Part shown: positions 38,711 to 48,266 of the stretch, piece by piece
How positions within the stretch are numbered: the first letter of the stretch is position 1
How the letters are laid out: the number at the start of each line of letters is the position of its first letter
DNA from: Candidatus Falkowbacteria bacterium
Lineage (GTDB): Bacteria > Patescibacteriota > Patescibacteriia > Patescibacteriales > UBA12465
NCBI GenBank assembly: GCA_016432645.1
Contig: CP066698.1
Span: 20,245-84,244, forward strand
Length of the DNA: 64,000 nt
Reading direction: 5' to 3'
Notes under the pieces: model-generated
The model's database searches: none
What the model was told of the DNA's origin: nothing
Seen by the model: the letters and a program-made list of their open reading frames with translations, nothing else
Program-made: the position numbers and the translations under genes

Positions 38711-40735
38711 ATGAATAAAATAATAACATCTTTTTTTATACTTCTAAGCGCGCTCGCCGTGCCGGTTTATGCTGGTTTTACGCCTAATGACTCTTTTTTT
38801 GGCAATCAGTGGTATCTCTCTAAAATTAAAGCCGATAGCGCTTGGGAAAAAGTTTCGGAAAGCCCAGAAACAGTAATTGCTGTTATTGACTCCGGCGTTC
38901 AAATAAATCATCCCGATTTGCGCGATAATATTTGGACAAATAATCGCGAAATTTCTGGTGACGGAGTTGATAATGATCACAACGGTTTCATTGATGACGT
39001 TAATGGTTGGGATTTTTCAACTAATATTCCCGACCCCTCGCCTAAATTTGCCGACGGTTGGACAGAGGCTGGGATTTCCCATGGAACCATGGTAGCGGGA
39101 ATTATTGCTGCTCGCGGCAATAATAATCAAGGCGTAGCCGGAGTAACTTGGCGCGCTAAAATTATGCCGCTTAAGGCTTTAAACGATAAGGGCGAAGGGC
39201 GAGTCAGTGACGTTATCCGGGCTATCGACTATGCTCTTAATAACGGCGCCGATATTATTAACCTTAGTTTTGTCAGTTTTAATTATAGCGCCGGTTTGCA
39301 AGAAGCTATTACCCGCGCTCATAATGCCGGAGTGATGATTGTGGCGGCTGCCGGAAATGAACAGGCTGCCGGTGAAGGCTATAATATTGATAAGACTAAA
39401 ATTTACCCTGCTTGTTATGATGGCAGCTTGGTCGGTGAAAATATGGTTATCGGCGTGGCCGCTACTGACGCGCTTGATCAAAAAACTAAATTTTCCAGCT
39501 ATGGTTTTAGCTGTGTAGATATTGCGGCTCCTGGAATTAGTTTTTTTAACACCGTAACCGGCGATAGCCGTGCCGGAGCGATTAAATATTACGATGGCTA
39601 CTGGTCGGGAACTTCCATGGCCGCGCCTTTGGTTTCGGCGACGCTCGCTTTAATCCAACAAGCTAATCCAGAGTTAAGTCGCCGCGAAACCGTTAACATT
39701 TTATTTGCTTCGACGGATAATATCAGCCGCTTGAATCCTGACTATCTCGGCCAGCTCGGTAACGGCCGCTTAAACGTCAATCGTGCCGTTGAGATGGCTA
39801 AAGAAAAATTATATAATCATCTCGGCCGTTTATTAATTTTACCAGCTACCCAAAAGAATAAACTGAAAGTCGCAGCTGCTAACGGCGATTTGGTTTATTA
39901 TTTGCCTGATGGCGCTATTAAAACCGGAGCGCCTTTTGTAACCGGTGATGTTAATGATAACGGGGTTGATGAAATAGTGGTCGGTGCCGCTGCTGGCGAT
40001 GAGCCCAAAATTAAAATTTTAAGCAGTCAAGGAAAATTATTAGGAGAATTTTGGGCGGCCGATAAAAAATTCCGCGGCGGCTTAAACGTCGCTTTAATAG
40101 ATTTGGATAATAGCGGCGCTAAAAAAATAGTTGTCGCTCCCGCTTCCGGCGGCAGCCCGCAAATTAAAATTTTTGATTATCAAGGAAATTTAAAAGTGCA
40201 ATTTTTTGCGGCCCCGAGTAACTGGCGCGGCGGATTCAATATTTCCGCTGGCGATATTGACGGCAAGGGTTTGCCGGAGATTGTAGTCGGCTTTGGAAAA
40301 GGCAGCGAACCGCAAGTCAGAATTTTTAATGCCGAAGGGAAATTAATCGGTAGCTTTTTAGCCTATGAAAAAAAATTTCGTGGCGGCGTTAATGTAGCGG
40401 TCGCTAATTTAGATGGCCGCAAAGATCATAATAAGGCAGAAATTATAATTACTCCCGGAGCCGGGCGGGAACCCCAAGTTAAAGTCTATAACCATCGAGC
40501 CCAGTTGATTAATAAGTTCTTGGCTTATGGTAAAAGTTGGCAAGGCGGCGTTAACTTGTCTGCCGGAGATATTAATAGCGACGGTATTTCTGAAATAATT
40601 CTCAGTACTTATAGCGGCGCTGCTCCTCATGTCCGAGTCTTCAGCGGCAATGGACTAATTTTAGAATCATTCTACGCCTATGATCAGGACTTTAACGGCG
40701 GCGTTAATGCTGGTATAATAAGAATAAATAACTAA
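38711..40735 (+). CDS. Secreted S8 subtilase with C-terminal FG-GAP-like repeats
   Basis: Signal peptide; catalytic triad in VIDSG, HGTMVAG, GTSMAAP; about 5 repeats of F-x-AY-x-x-x-FRGGVN-V-x-x-GD; ATG at 38711 preferred. Confidence 0.93.
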   Translation: MNKIITSFFILLSALAVPVYAGFTPNDSFFGNQWYLSKIKADSAWEKVSESPETVIAVIDSGVQINHPDLRDNIWTNNREISGDGVDNDHNGFIDDVNGWDFSTNIPDPSPKFADGWTEAGISHGTMVAGIIAARGNNNQGVAGVTWRAKIMPLKALNDKGEGRVSDVIRAIDYALNNGADIINLSFVSFNYSAGLQEAITRAHNAGVMIVAAAGNEQAAGEGYNIDKTKIYPACYDGSLVGENMVIGVAATDALDQKTKFSSYGFSCVDIAAPGISFFNTVTGDSRAGAIKYYDGYWSGTSMAAPLVSATLALIQQANPELSRRETVNILFASTDNISRLNPDYLGQLGNGRLNVNRAVEMAKEKLYNHLGRLLILPATQKNKLKVAAANGDLVYYLPDGAIKTGAPFVTGDVNDNGVDEIVVGAAAGDEPKIKILSSQGKLLGEFWAADKKFRGGLNVALIDLDNSGAKKIVVAPASGGSPQIKIFDYQGNLKVQFFAAPSNWRGGFNISAGDIDGKGLPEIVVGFGKGSEPQVRIFNAEGKLIGSFLAYEKKFRGGVNVAVANLDGRKDHNKAEIIITPGAGREPQVKVYNHRAQLINKFLAYGKSWQGGVNLSAGDINSDGISEIILSTYSGAAPHVRVFSGNGLILESFYAYDQDFNGGVNAGIIRINN

Positions 40736-40741
40736 TCATAT

Positions 40742-41767
40742 ATGCCTAAGAAAATTATTTTTGATAAAAAGAATGTCCTGGTCGCCGGCGGCGCTGGTTT
40801 TATCGGTTCTCATCTTTGCGATGAATTAATTAAGACCTGCAAAGTTATCTGCATTGATGATTTTATTTCCGGCAGTGAGCGCAATATCGACCATTTATTG
40901 GCTAACCCTAATTTTGTTTTTATTAACCATGATTTAGCTAAGCCGCTTGATTTGATGGCTATTAATGAACTAAAAAAGTTTAAGGTGGAGTTTCAAGGTA
41001 TCCAAGAAGTCTATAATTTAGCCTGTCCAATGTCGCCACGCAATTTTTTGAATAATCGCTTGGCAACCCTGGAAGCTAATTCTTTAGTTGTTAAAAATTT
41101 ACTGGATTTAGCCTTGGCTCACAATGCGAAGTTTTTACACTTCTCTTCATCAGTTGTTTATGGCCCTCGTCGTTCTGATGACCCTGAATTCAAAGCGCGC
41201 GAATCAGATCCGGGAGTTGTTGACCAGCTTTCCAGCCGCGCTTCTTATGATGAAGGCAAACGATTTTCGGAAACTTTAGTCTCGACATATCGCGATATTT
41301 ACCAGCTTGATACCAAAATCATCAGAGTGTTTAGAATTTATGGTCCGCGCATGGAATCAAATGACGGCCAGATGATTCCTGATTTCATTAATAACGCCCT
41401 GGAAGACAAGGATTTGGTAATTAATGGCGATGAAAATTTTTCTTCCTCTTTCTGTTATATTGAAGATTTATTAGATGCCGTTTCTAAAGTTATGAGCACC
41501 GATATTGCCGGTCCGATTAATATCGGTTCAGACGTTGATTGTAAATTGGTGGATTTAGCGCAGATTATAATTAATGAAACTGGATCAAAGTCTAAGATTG
41601 TTTATGCTGAAAATTTGGTCTTTATGACGGAACTGATTTTGCCGGATATCAAGTTGGCCCGCAACGAGCTCGGCTGGATGCCGGTAGTTACTTTAGAGAA
41701 CGGTTTGCGCAAGACTATTTTTGACGTTAAAGCCCAGAAAAAATTGCATGAGTTTGGAGCTTATTAA
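40742..41767 (+). CDS. NAD-dependent epimerase/dehydratase, UDP-glucuronate decarboxylase-like
   Basis: GGAGFIGSHL, NLACPMSP, YDEGKR, YGPRM. Confidence 0.88.
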   Translation: MPKKIIFDKKNVLVAGGAGFIGSHLCDELIKTCKVICIDDFISGSERNIDHLLANPNFVFINHDLAKPLDLMAINELKKFKVEFQGIQEVYNLACPMSPRNFLNNRLATLEANSLVVKNLLDLALAHNAKFLHFSSSVVYGPRRSDDPEFKARESDPGVVDQLSSRASYDEGKRFSETLVSTYRDIYQLDTKIIRVFRIYGPRMESNDGQMIPDFINNALEDKDLVINGDENFSSSFCYIEDLLDAVSKVMSTDIAGPINIGSDVDCKLVDLAQIIINETGSKSKIVYAENLVFMTELILPDIKLARNELGWMPVVTLENGLRKTIFDVKAQKKLHEFGAY

Positions 41768-41788
41768 TTTAAAAGATTGTTTAATTAA

Positions 41789-41816
41789 AAAAATCTGGCC
41801 TTAGGGCCAGATTTTT
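41789..41816. terminator. Bidirectional terminator between convergent genes
   Basis: AAAAATCTGGCC-ttag-GGCCAGATTTTT. Confidence 0.85.
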
Positions 41817-42870
41817 AATTTTTATTTATTTCCGCAAATAAACTTTCAGCATCTCCAGGCTTAAAGAGCCAACCTCCATTTTTAAGGGCTTCCGGAATAC
41901 CGCCGATACCAGAGGCGATAATCGGTAGCTCTGCTTGCCGCGCTTCAATTATTGTTAGTGGATAATTTTCATAGCAGAGCGAGGGGACAATGAGTACATC
42001 TGCTTCTTCAAACGACTTTTCTAAATTTTCTTTGCTTAAGCGCCCTAAAATTTTAAGACGCTTGTCTTTAGAAAACCGTTCACGAATAAGCGGCAAGAGG
42101 GAGCCGTCGCCGGCAATCGTCAGCTTCATTTCCGAGCCGGCTAATTTTTCGAAAGCTTCAAGCAGAAAGAGAATTCCTTTGTGTTTTTCTATTTGGCCGG
42201 CAAACAAAAGATTTTTAAATGGCGGCTGTTTGGTATTAGCGGTTGCTGGTAATTTAATATTTAAAATATCTTCTAGATGTTTGATCTCCGTTTTTGATTT
42301 TTTAAAAAATCCGCGCTTTAAATGTTCGTCCAAGAGCCAGCGGGAAGGGGAAATTATTAAATCGGGCGAACCCAGAAAGAATTGAGTTGCTTTTTGATAG
42401 AGTTTAGCGCTTAAACTGTCGGCACTATTTTCCTGGCCGTAAATTATCAACCCCGAAGGATGCAATAGCTGGATATCGTGTAAAAAATGATGGTGTTCAA
42501 TTTTTAAATCTTGAATCGTCTGCGCTGTTTTAAAATCCAAACCCATTAGATTATGCGAAATTACTAAGTCCGGTTTTTCCGCCTGTAAGATTTTTTTTAT
42601 GGCGTGGTATTTTTTGGTCGCACGCAAATTATAAAGATGCCAAAATAAGCGGCTGATCTTTGGTTTTTTATTTAAATTATAAAATTCTGATGATATATAA
42701 AAAGTTCGGCAGTCTTTATTTTCTCCTAAATCAAGACTTTCCGGCCGGGTAGTTATTAAAAAAACTTCATGGCCCGAATTTTGATAAGCTTTAATCATTG
42801 CCGCCACGACATTTTCCGCACCGCCGCGGTTATAAGGCTTATAAAGATTGTTCAGTAAACAAATTTTCAT
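41815..42870 (-). CDS. Glycosyltransferase family 4
   Basis: GGAE, GQIEKHKG, VPSLCYENYPLTIIEA. Confidence 0.92.
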   Translation of the reverse strand: MKICLLNNLYKPYNRGGAENVVAAMIKAYQNSGHEVFLITTRPESLDLGENKDCRTFYISSEFYNLNKKPKISRLFWHLYNLRATKKYHAIKKILQAEKPDLVISHNLMGLDFKTAQTIQDLKIEHHHFLHDIQLLHPSGLIIYGQENSADSLSAKLYQKATQFFLGSPDLIISPSRWLLDEHLKRGFFKKSKTEIKHLEDILNIKLPATANTKQPPFKNLLFAGQIEKHKGILFLLEAFEKLAGSEMKLTIAGDGSLLPLIRERFSKDKRLKILGRLSKENLEKSFEEADVLIVPSLCYENYPLTIIEARQAELPIIASGIGGIPEALKNGGWLFKPGDAESLFAEINKN

Positions 42871-43978
42871 ATTTTTGCTTCATCAGCTCTTGATCATATT
42901 TTCGAATAGCCAGATGTCTTGCCGCCTTGGCCATCTCTTGACGCAGGCTTTCATTTTTTAGGATAAACTCCAGTTTATGATTTAAGTCTTCAACGCTTCC
43001 GGGGACAGCCAGTAAGCCTTCGCGTTTATTTTCAAAAACACTTCTAACTCCCGGCAGATCGGAAGCGACTACGGGGACACCGCAGGCCAGCGCTTCAATT
43101 AAAACCAGACCGAAAGCTTCATTGTTGTTGATTGAAGGCAGAATTAATAAATCGGAATTTTGTAGAGCCTTAATCATTTCTTGATCACCCAGTTTGCCTA
43201 CAAATTCTACGCGTTTGCCAAGATTCAGTCGAGTCGCCAGGGTTTCATATTCTGAGCGCAAATCTCCGTCACCCACAATCTTTAAGTTCCATCTTCTTTG
43301 ATCTAAGCTAGGCAGGGAATTAAGCAAAATGCTAACCCCTTTGAAATAGTGCGCTTTATCCAGTCCGCCGATAAAGATTAAATCAAGCCGATCTTTTTTG
43401 ATGAATAAGTCATTAATATGCTTGACGATGTTTTTAACCTTAGCGACCAAGTTGTTGGCACTAGGCTGGCTGATAGGATTGGGTTGGAATTTATTCAAGT
43501 CTATCCCAAAGGGGATTTCTTGAAACTTATCCATGTGAGTTTCGTAGTATTTTTTTATTTGGCTATTTTTGACATAGTCTAGGCTGGCACTAACGATTTT
43601 TTCTGCTCGGTTAAAAAGAGAATCGCGAATCAGTCGACTGGGCAGGCTGAGGATTTTAGCGGCTGGAGATTGGTTTTTAACATCCATGTGGTATTGGATG
43701 ACTAATTTTGGCCGCTTGAAAAAAATTTTAAATAACCAGACGATTTCCGCCGTACCGAAAAAGGGGTAATGTAAGTAAATATAATCAAATTTTCGTAGTT
43801 TCCATAAAAGTTGCGGCAAAACTGCTCCGTGGCCGCGACGTAAAAATGGCCTGGTGTTATCGGGCGTGAAGTTAATAATTTCATGTTTGGCGCTTAACAG
43901 TTCATGGAAGCGATAAGCGCTATTGCCGATGCCGCCGGCATAAGGCGGGTAAGCACAGACTATCTGGGCAATTTTCAT
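42839..43978 (-). CDS. Glycosyltransferase family 4
   Basis: YPPYAGGI, FKGV, EAFGLVLIEALACG. Confidence 0.93.
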   Translation of the reverse strand: MKIAQIVCAYPPYAGGIGNSAYRFHELLSAKHEIINFTPDNTRPFLRRGHGAVLPQLLWKLRKFDYIYLHYPFFGTAEIVWLFKIFFKRPKLVIQYHMDVKNQSPAAKILSLPSRLIRDSLFNRAEKIVSASLDYVKNSQIKKYYETHMDKFQEIPFGIDLNKFQPNPISQPSANNLVAKVKNIVKHINDLFIKKDRLDLIFIGGLDKAHYFKGVSILLNSLPSLDQRRWNLKIVGDGDLRSEYETLATRLNLGKRVEFVGKLGDQEMIKALQNSDLLILPSINNNEAFGLVLIEALACGVPVVASDLPGVRSVFENKREGLLAVPGSVEDLNHKLEFILKNESLRQEMAKAARHLAIRKYDQELMKQKYENLFTEQSL

Positions 43979-43981
43979 AAA

Positions 43982-44341
43982 TTATCTTTGTGGTTCCTGA
44001 TGGTTATGATTAGGATTGCTATTTTCTAAAAGTGCAATTTTTCTCACGATACTTGTTAAATTGGCATCCATTTTAGCGAGCGCCAAGCGGAGCTTGAAAA
44101 CCATGTAGAATAAAATCATCACTGTTAGATAGAGTAGGAAGTTGATGCCGGAGCCGGAAAAGCCGAGCGCGCCGACTAAGCGGTCTAACTGCTTTATCAA
44201 AATAATCGCCACCACGCCTAGAAGCCAAAAAGCAAGCCAGAAGATAAATTCGTTTTGGCCAATCTTTTTTTTCTTTTTTTGTTCGCTTAGACGCCAGATA
44301 AAAATAGCGATGAGAGCGAGGGCGATAATTTGTTGCAACAT
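43982..44341 (-). CDS. DUF2304-like small membrane protein
   Basis: Three TM helices, FWLAFW, LGFSGSG, terminal LTSIVRKIAL. Confidence 0.8.
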   Translation of the reverse strand: MLQQIIALALIAIFIWRLSEQKKKKKIGQNEFIFWLAFWLLGVVAIILIKQLDRLVGALGFSGSGINFLLYLTVMILFYMVFKLRLALAKMDANLTSIVRKIALLENSNPNHNHQEPQR

Positions 44342-44369
44342 ATTTTTAGGGGTTATTAATTATTGATTA

Positions 44370-44398
44370 TTGACAGTATTTAGGATTAATGATAAATT
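44370..44398 (+). promoter_or_regulatory. Sigma70-type promoter of the orphan gene at 44482
   Basis: TTGACA-17 bp-TAAATT with extended -10 TG. Confidence 0.55.
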
Positions 44399-44481
44399 AG
44401 GATGATTTGCCAATTTTTGCCGATGTTTTAGCAAATAGGCATCATAGTACATTACAATATATAAATCAAAAAATTTTCTAC

Positions 44482-44976
44482 ATGAAACAAAAATCAAATT
44501 GGTTGAAAGAGCTCGGGATGAGCTTCTTTCTCCTGGGCGCATTTGGGCTTATCAGATTTATCTTGATAGCCCAGGGTTCTAACTTTCATATTAGCGATGA
44601 AGTTGTCGCTGGTATTCTACTGGCTGCTGCCGTTATTGCGGTTGTTCTGACTTATTTGATGGAGAAATTAAGGAAGGTCTTCTCATTCTCCTTCGATACC
44701 TGGATACTGACAATAGTCGGGTTATTTCTTTGGGATTTACAAGGATCCGCTGGCAGCATCTTATGGTTTGCTTTTGCTATTTTTGGTCTGCTAACCGTTA
44801 CTAGCGCTTGGACAGCCATGAATCTTTTCTGGAAAAAACAGCACACCTCGGAACAAGCCGCAGAAATGATGGAGCTCCACGATTTTATTAATCGTTGTTT
44901 GGGAATTAAATTTCTCGCAATGGCCTTGGGAGCACTCCTAATCGAAAAAATTCTAGTGCCGATTATTGCCGGCTAA
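44482..44976 (+). CDS. Hypothetical multi-pass membrane protein (orphan, opposite strand to its neighbours)
   Basis: 164 aa from ATG at 44482 (MKQKSNWLKE...); about 5 TM segments. Confidence 0.75.
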   Translation: MKQKSNWLKELGMSFFLLGAFGLIRFILIAQGSNFHISDEVVAGILLAAAVIAVVLTYLMEKLRKVFSFSFDTWILTIVGLFLWDLQGSAGSILWFAFAIFGLLTVTSAWTAMNLFWKKQHTSEQAAEMMELHDFINRCLGIKFLAMALGALLIEKILVPIIAG

Positions 44977-44994
44977 ACGGTCGTAACGGCGCGG

Positions 44995-45024
44995 AAAAGG
45001 GCTCTTTTTTAAAGAGCCTTTTTT
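44995..45024. terminator. Bidirectional terminator
   Basis: AAAAGGGCTCTTT-ttt-AAAGAGCCTTTTTT between convergent genes. Confidence 0.8.
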
Positions 45025-45685
45025 ATTTGATAATTTTTTTAATGGCCAAATCTTTAATAATTCTTACGCCGCCGGAAAATTTTTGGCCAAATTCGTGATA
45101 AACGACAGTAATTGGAACTTCTACAGTCTTTATTTTATTTTTAAATAATTGATGTAAGATTTCGCTGCAATGTGCCATGCGATCGTTGGTAATCTCGATT
45201 TTTTCAACAGCGCCGCGGCTTAAGACCCGGAAGCCGCTTTGAGGATCGCTTAGACGGATATTAAAAAACCAACGGTTAATCAGGCGAGCCAGAGGCATGA
45301 TTAATTTTTTTTTCAGAGCCGGCAAATCAGATTTTTTTGATAAGAAGCGCGAGCCCAGTACGGCTTCCGCTTGTCCGGATTCTATTGGGGCGGTCAACTC
45401 GGGGATTTCTTCCGCTTGGAATTGATTGTCAGCGTCAAAATGGATAACGATGTCCGCCCCCCGTTTTAAAGCGTATTCATTGCCGGTTTGTAGAGCTGCA
45501 CCTTGTCCGCGATTAATACTGTGCCTTAAAACAGTCGCGCCGGCTTGTTGGGCGATAATTGCTATTTCATCTTGCGAGCCGTCATCAATGACGACGATTT
45601 CGTCTACGAAAGGATTAACGCGCTTGATGACTTCGCTAATATTTTTGGCTTCATTATAAGCCGGGATGATACAGATTTTTTTCAT
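45023..45685 (-). CDS. Glycosyltransferase family 2 (DPM1-like polyprenol-phosphate glycosyltransferase)
   Basis: IPAYNE, IDDGS, NRGQGAA, FDAD, GSRF, DPQSGFR. Confidence 0.93.
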   Translation of the reverse strand: MKKICIIPAYNEAKNISEVIKRVNPFVDEIVVIDDGSQDEIAIIAQQAGATVLRHSINRGQGAALQTGNEYALKRGADIVIHFDADNQFQAEEIPELTAPIESGQAEAVLGSRFLSKKSDLPALKKKLIMPLARLINRWFFNIRLSDPQSGFRVLSRGAVEKIEITNDRMAHCSEILHQLFKNKIKTVEVPITVVYHEFGQKFSGGVRIIKDLAIKKIIK

Positions 45686-45690
45686 GGTTT

Positions 45691-46713
45691 TTAAACTAGT
45701 CCGTCTTTTTTCTTTTGATTTTTATCAACGATTAATGGTCGGTAGCCATTTTTATGTGCCAGTCGGAAAAAATCTTCCCAAAATTTAGCCGTCGTTAAGT
45801 GTTTATAGTTTTCCTTGATAAAACCGATTGTCTCCGGGCGGGGAATAAAAGTTTCAAAAACGCCGATTTGTTGTCTTTGGCGGCTGCGCTTTTTTTTATC
45901 TTTAAACGCCATTCTTTTTAGGGGAATCAGTTCTTGGCCGCTTATCATCTTAAGATTATCTAAAATTAATTTCAAGGACAGACCGCTCCTTAAAATTTGG
46001 TAAAGAGCCTGCAAAGAATTAATAGATTTGATGGTGACTAGCACTAAACGCCCGGTATGGGCCGCCATAATTGCCCGTTTAAGGCTTTCTTGATCATTTT
46101 CTTCAATTTCTAGAGCGATAATATCTGAGTCATGGTTTAAAATTCTGCTCCAATTTTCGGGAGTATTTTTTAAAAAATTTACTCCTTGAATATTGAATTC
46201 CTCGGCACCTAGAAAATAAATATTTTTATTTTCTTGGTTAAGATCATTTAAGATGGCCTGCAGAGTAGTGCTGCGCCCCTGTCTTTCGGGGGAACTGATA
46301 ATAATTAAGCCTGAACCGGAAAGATTGATATTATTTAATAATTCTAAATCGTTTTTTTGCCATCCCAGTTGGTTTAAGCTTAGAAATTTTTTATCTTCCT
46401 GAATAATACTGATAATTATCTTTTCCCCGAGTTTATCAGGCACGATGCTAAGTCTAAAATTTAAATCATTATTTTTATCGCGCCACTGGCAATATTTTTC
46501 GGTCGCCAGTTCTCCGGGAGCGATTTTTAACAAAGCGCGTAAGTTTTCGGCTAGGTCATTTTCTAGCTTTTTGGGTAGATTAAAAATTGCCTCTTCGCCG
46601 CCCGGAAGATGACAGTGGCAAGAATGGCCTTTTTCTGACCGGGAAATTACAATTCTTTCTGCTTTTTCCTGTTTGGCAAAATTAAATAAGCCGCTGAAAG
46701 TTTTATTTATCAT
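45691..46713 (-). CDS. Degenerate PilB/GspE-family secretion ATPase-like protein
   Basis: FRLSIVP..LGEKIII, SGLIIISSPERQGRSTTL, HDSDII, AAHTGRLVL, IGVFE. Confidence 0.75.
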   Translation of the reverse strand: MINKTFSGLFNFAKQEKAERIVISRSEKGHSCHCHLPGGEEAIFNLPKKLENDLAENLRALLKIAPGELATEKYCQWRDKNNDLNFRLSIVPDKLGEKIIISIIQEDKKFLSLNQLGWQKNDLELLNNINLSGSGLIIISSPERQGRSTTLQAILNDLNQENKNIYFLGAEEFNIQGVNFLKNTPENWSRILNHDSDIIALEIEENDQESLKRAIMAAHTGRLVLVTIKSINSLQALYQILRSGLSLKLILDNLKMISGQELIPLKRMAFKDKKKRSRQRQQIGVFETFIPRPETIGFIKENYKHLTTAKFWEDFFRLAHKNGYRPLIVDKNQKKKDGLV

Positions 46714-46795
46714 AATGCTATTATGTTAGCATATTTTATATTATTTTAAAAATATGTTAAGCTAATAATTAAGATATAATTATCTCGTTTTTTCT

Positions 46796-47209
46796 ATGAA
46801 TTATTCTAATTTTTACGCCCGTTTTTATACTTTTTTGCAACTTTCAGGAGCGGCTTTCAAGCGTATTTTTAAATTCAATTTTGCTAAGGTTTATGCGGGG
46901 CTAATTATCTTTTTGCAGGTGCTGGCTTGGCTGCAAACTATTTCAATTTATCGCCGTTTAACTGGTGATTTTACAATTTTACATTATAATATTGATTTTG
47001 GCGTCGATTTGATTGGCCGCCCGCAATCCATTTTTTATTATCCGCTTCTTGGCTTAGGAGTAGCCCTGCTTAACATTGTTTTAACCGCTATTTTGGCTAG
47101 ACGTCGGGAAGCACGGCTAATAATTCATTTTTTAATGGGAGCGGCGCTGGCTTTTGCCGTTTTCTTGAGCTTAGCTCTTTTGGCTCTTAATTTTATAAAT
47201 TTTAGATAA
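46796..47209 (+). CDS. Small membrane protein upstream of mraY
   Basis: Three TM helices, ILHYNIDFGVDLIG loop (DUF1648-like). Confidence 0.7.
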   Translation: MNYSNFYARFYTFLQLSGAAFKRIFKFNFAKVYAGLIIFLQVLAWLQTISIYRRLTGDFTILHYNIDFGVDLIGRPQSIFYYPLLGLGVALLNIVLTAILARRREARLIIHFLMGAALAFAVFLSLALLALNFINFR

Positions 47210-47219
47210 AACTCCGGCT

Positions 47220-48266
47220 ATGGAATATCAAATTATCAGGATTCTATTTTTTTCAACCTTATCTTTTGTATTTGCGGTTTTAGCAACTCCGCTATTAACT
47301 CATTTTTTGTATAAATATAAATTAGGAAAGAAAATAAGAAATAGCGGTGCTACTCCAATTTTTAGCGAACTCCATGCCCATAAGGCTGGCACGCCGACTA
47401 TGGGTGGAATTTTGATTTGGGGAACCGCCTTAATTTTAATCGGCTTCTTTTATCTCTTGTCAGAATTATTCCCAGGCGGTGTTTTTCAGCAATTTAATTT
47501 TTTATCGCGGGCCGAAACCCTTCTGCCTTTAGGCGCATTAGTGGCCACTGCTATTATTGGCTTAGTTGACGATTGGCTGGATGTTAGGGATAAAGGAGTC
47601 TTCGGCGGCGGCGGCTTGAAACTGCGCCATCGTTTATTGATTTATGCGCTAATCGCTTTAATTGGTGCCCTGTGGTTTTATTTTAAACTAGATTGGACTG
47701 TAATGCATGTACCGTTTTTCGGTAATTTTGAAATTGGCGCTTGGTATATTCCGATTTTTATTTTTATTATTGTCGCCACTTCCTTTTCGGTAAATGAAAC
47801 TGACGGCCTGGATGGTTTGGCTGGTGGAACTTTATTAATCGCCTTTGCTTCTTATGGCGTGATTGCCTTTGTAATGGGACGTTATGATTTAGCGACCTTT
47901 TGCGCGGTAATTATCGGGGCACTGTTGGCTTTTTTGTGGTTTAATATTCCGCCGGCAAGATTTTATATGGGCGACACCGGTGCCATGAGCTTAGGAGTCA
48001 CTTTAGGCATTATTGCCATGTTAACCAATAACGCCTTGTTGCTTGTTTTTATCGGTTTAATCTTTTTATTAGAATCCTTGTCCGTGATTATCCAGACCTT
48101 ATCTAAACGCTTGCGCCATAAAAAAGTTTTTATATCTTCGCCAATTCATCATCATTTTCAGGCCATCGGCTGGGCTGAATCCAAGGTGGTTATGAGATTT
48201 TGGGTAATTGCCGGCTTAGGCGCTGTCATGGGACTTATTATTTTTCTTCTAGATAAGCAGATATGA
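47220..48266 (+). CDS. mraY: Phospho-N-acetylmuramoyl-pentapeptide transferase
   Basis: KAGTPTMGG, VDD, NETDGLDGL, MGDTG, PIHHHF. Confidence 0.97.
   Translation: MEYQIIRILFFSTLSFVFAVLATPLLTHFLYKYKLGKKIRNSGATPIFSELHAHKAGTPTMGGILIWGTALILIGFFYLLSELFPGGVFQQFNFLSRAETLLPLGALVATAIIGLVDDWLDVRDKGVFGGGGLKLRHRLLIYALIALIGALWFYFKLDWTVMHVPFFGNFEIGAWYIPIFIFIIVATSFSVNETDGLDGLAGGTLLIAFASYGVIAFVMGRYDLATFCAVIIGALLAFLWFNIPPARFYMGDTGAMSLGVTLGIIAMLTNNALLLVFIGLIFLLESLSVIIQTLSKRLRHKKVFISSPIHHHFQAIGWAESKVVMRFWVIAGLGAVMGLIIFLLDKQI

Noticed and set aside
39930-40720. Periodic GGCGGCGTTAA-like DNA repeats, considered as a CRISPR array or DGR repeats
   Set aside because: They are degenerate codon-level repeats of the S8 protease's FG-GAP-like units; no cas or reverse transcriptase gene is in the window.
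44407-44481. TTG-start N-terminal extension of the orphan ORF given in the track
   Set aside because: It starts only a few bases after the predicted -10 and overlaps the leader motif; ATG at 44482 is more plausible.
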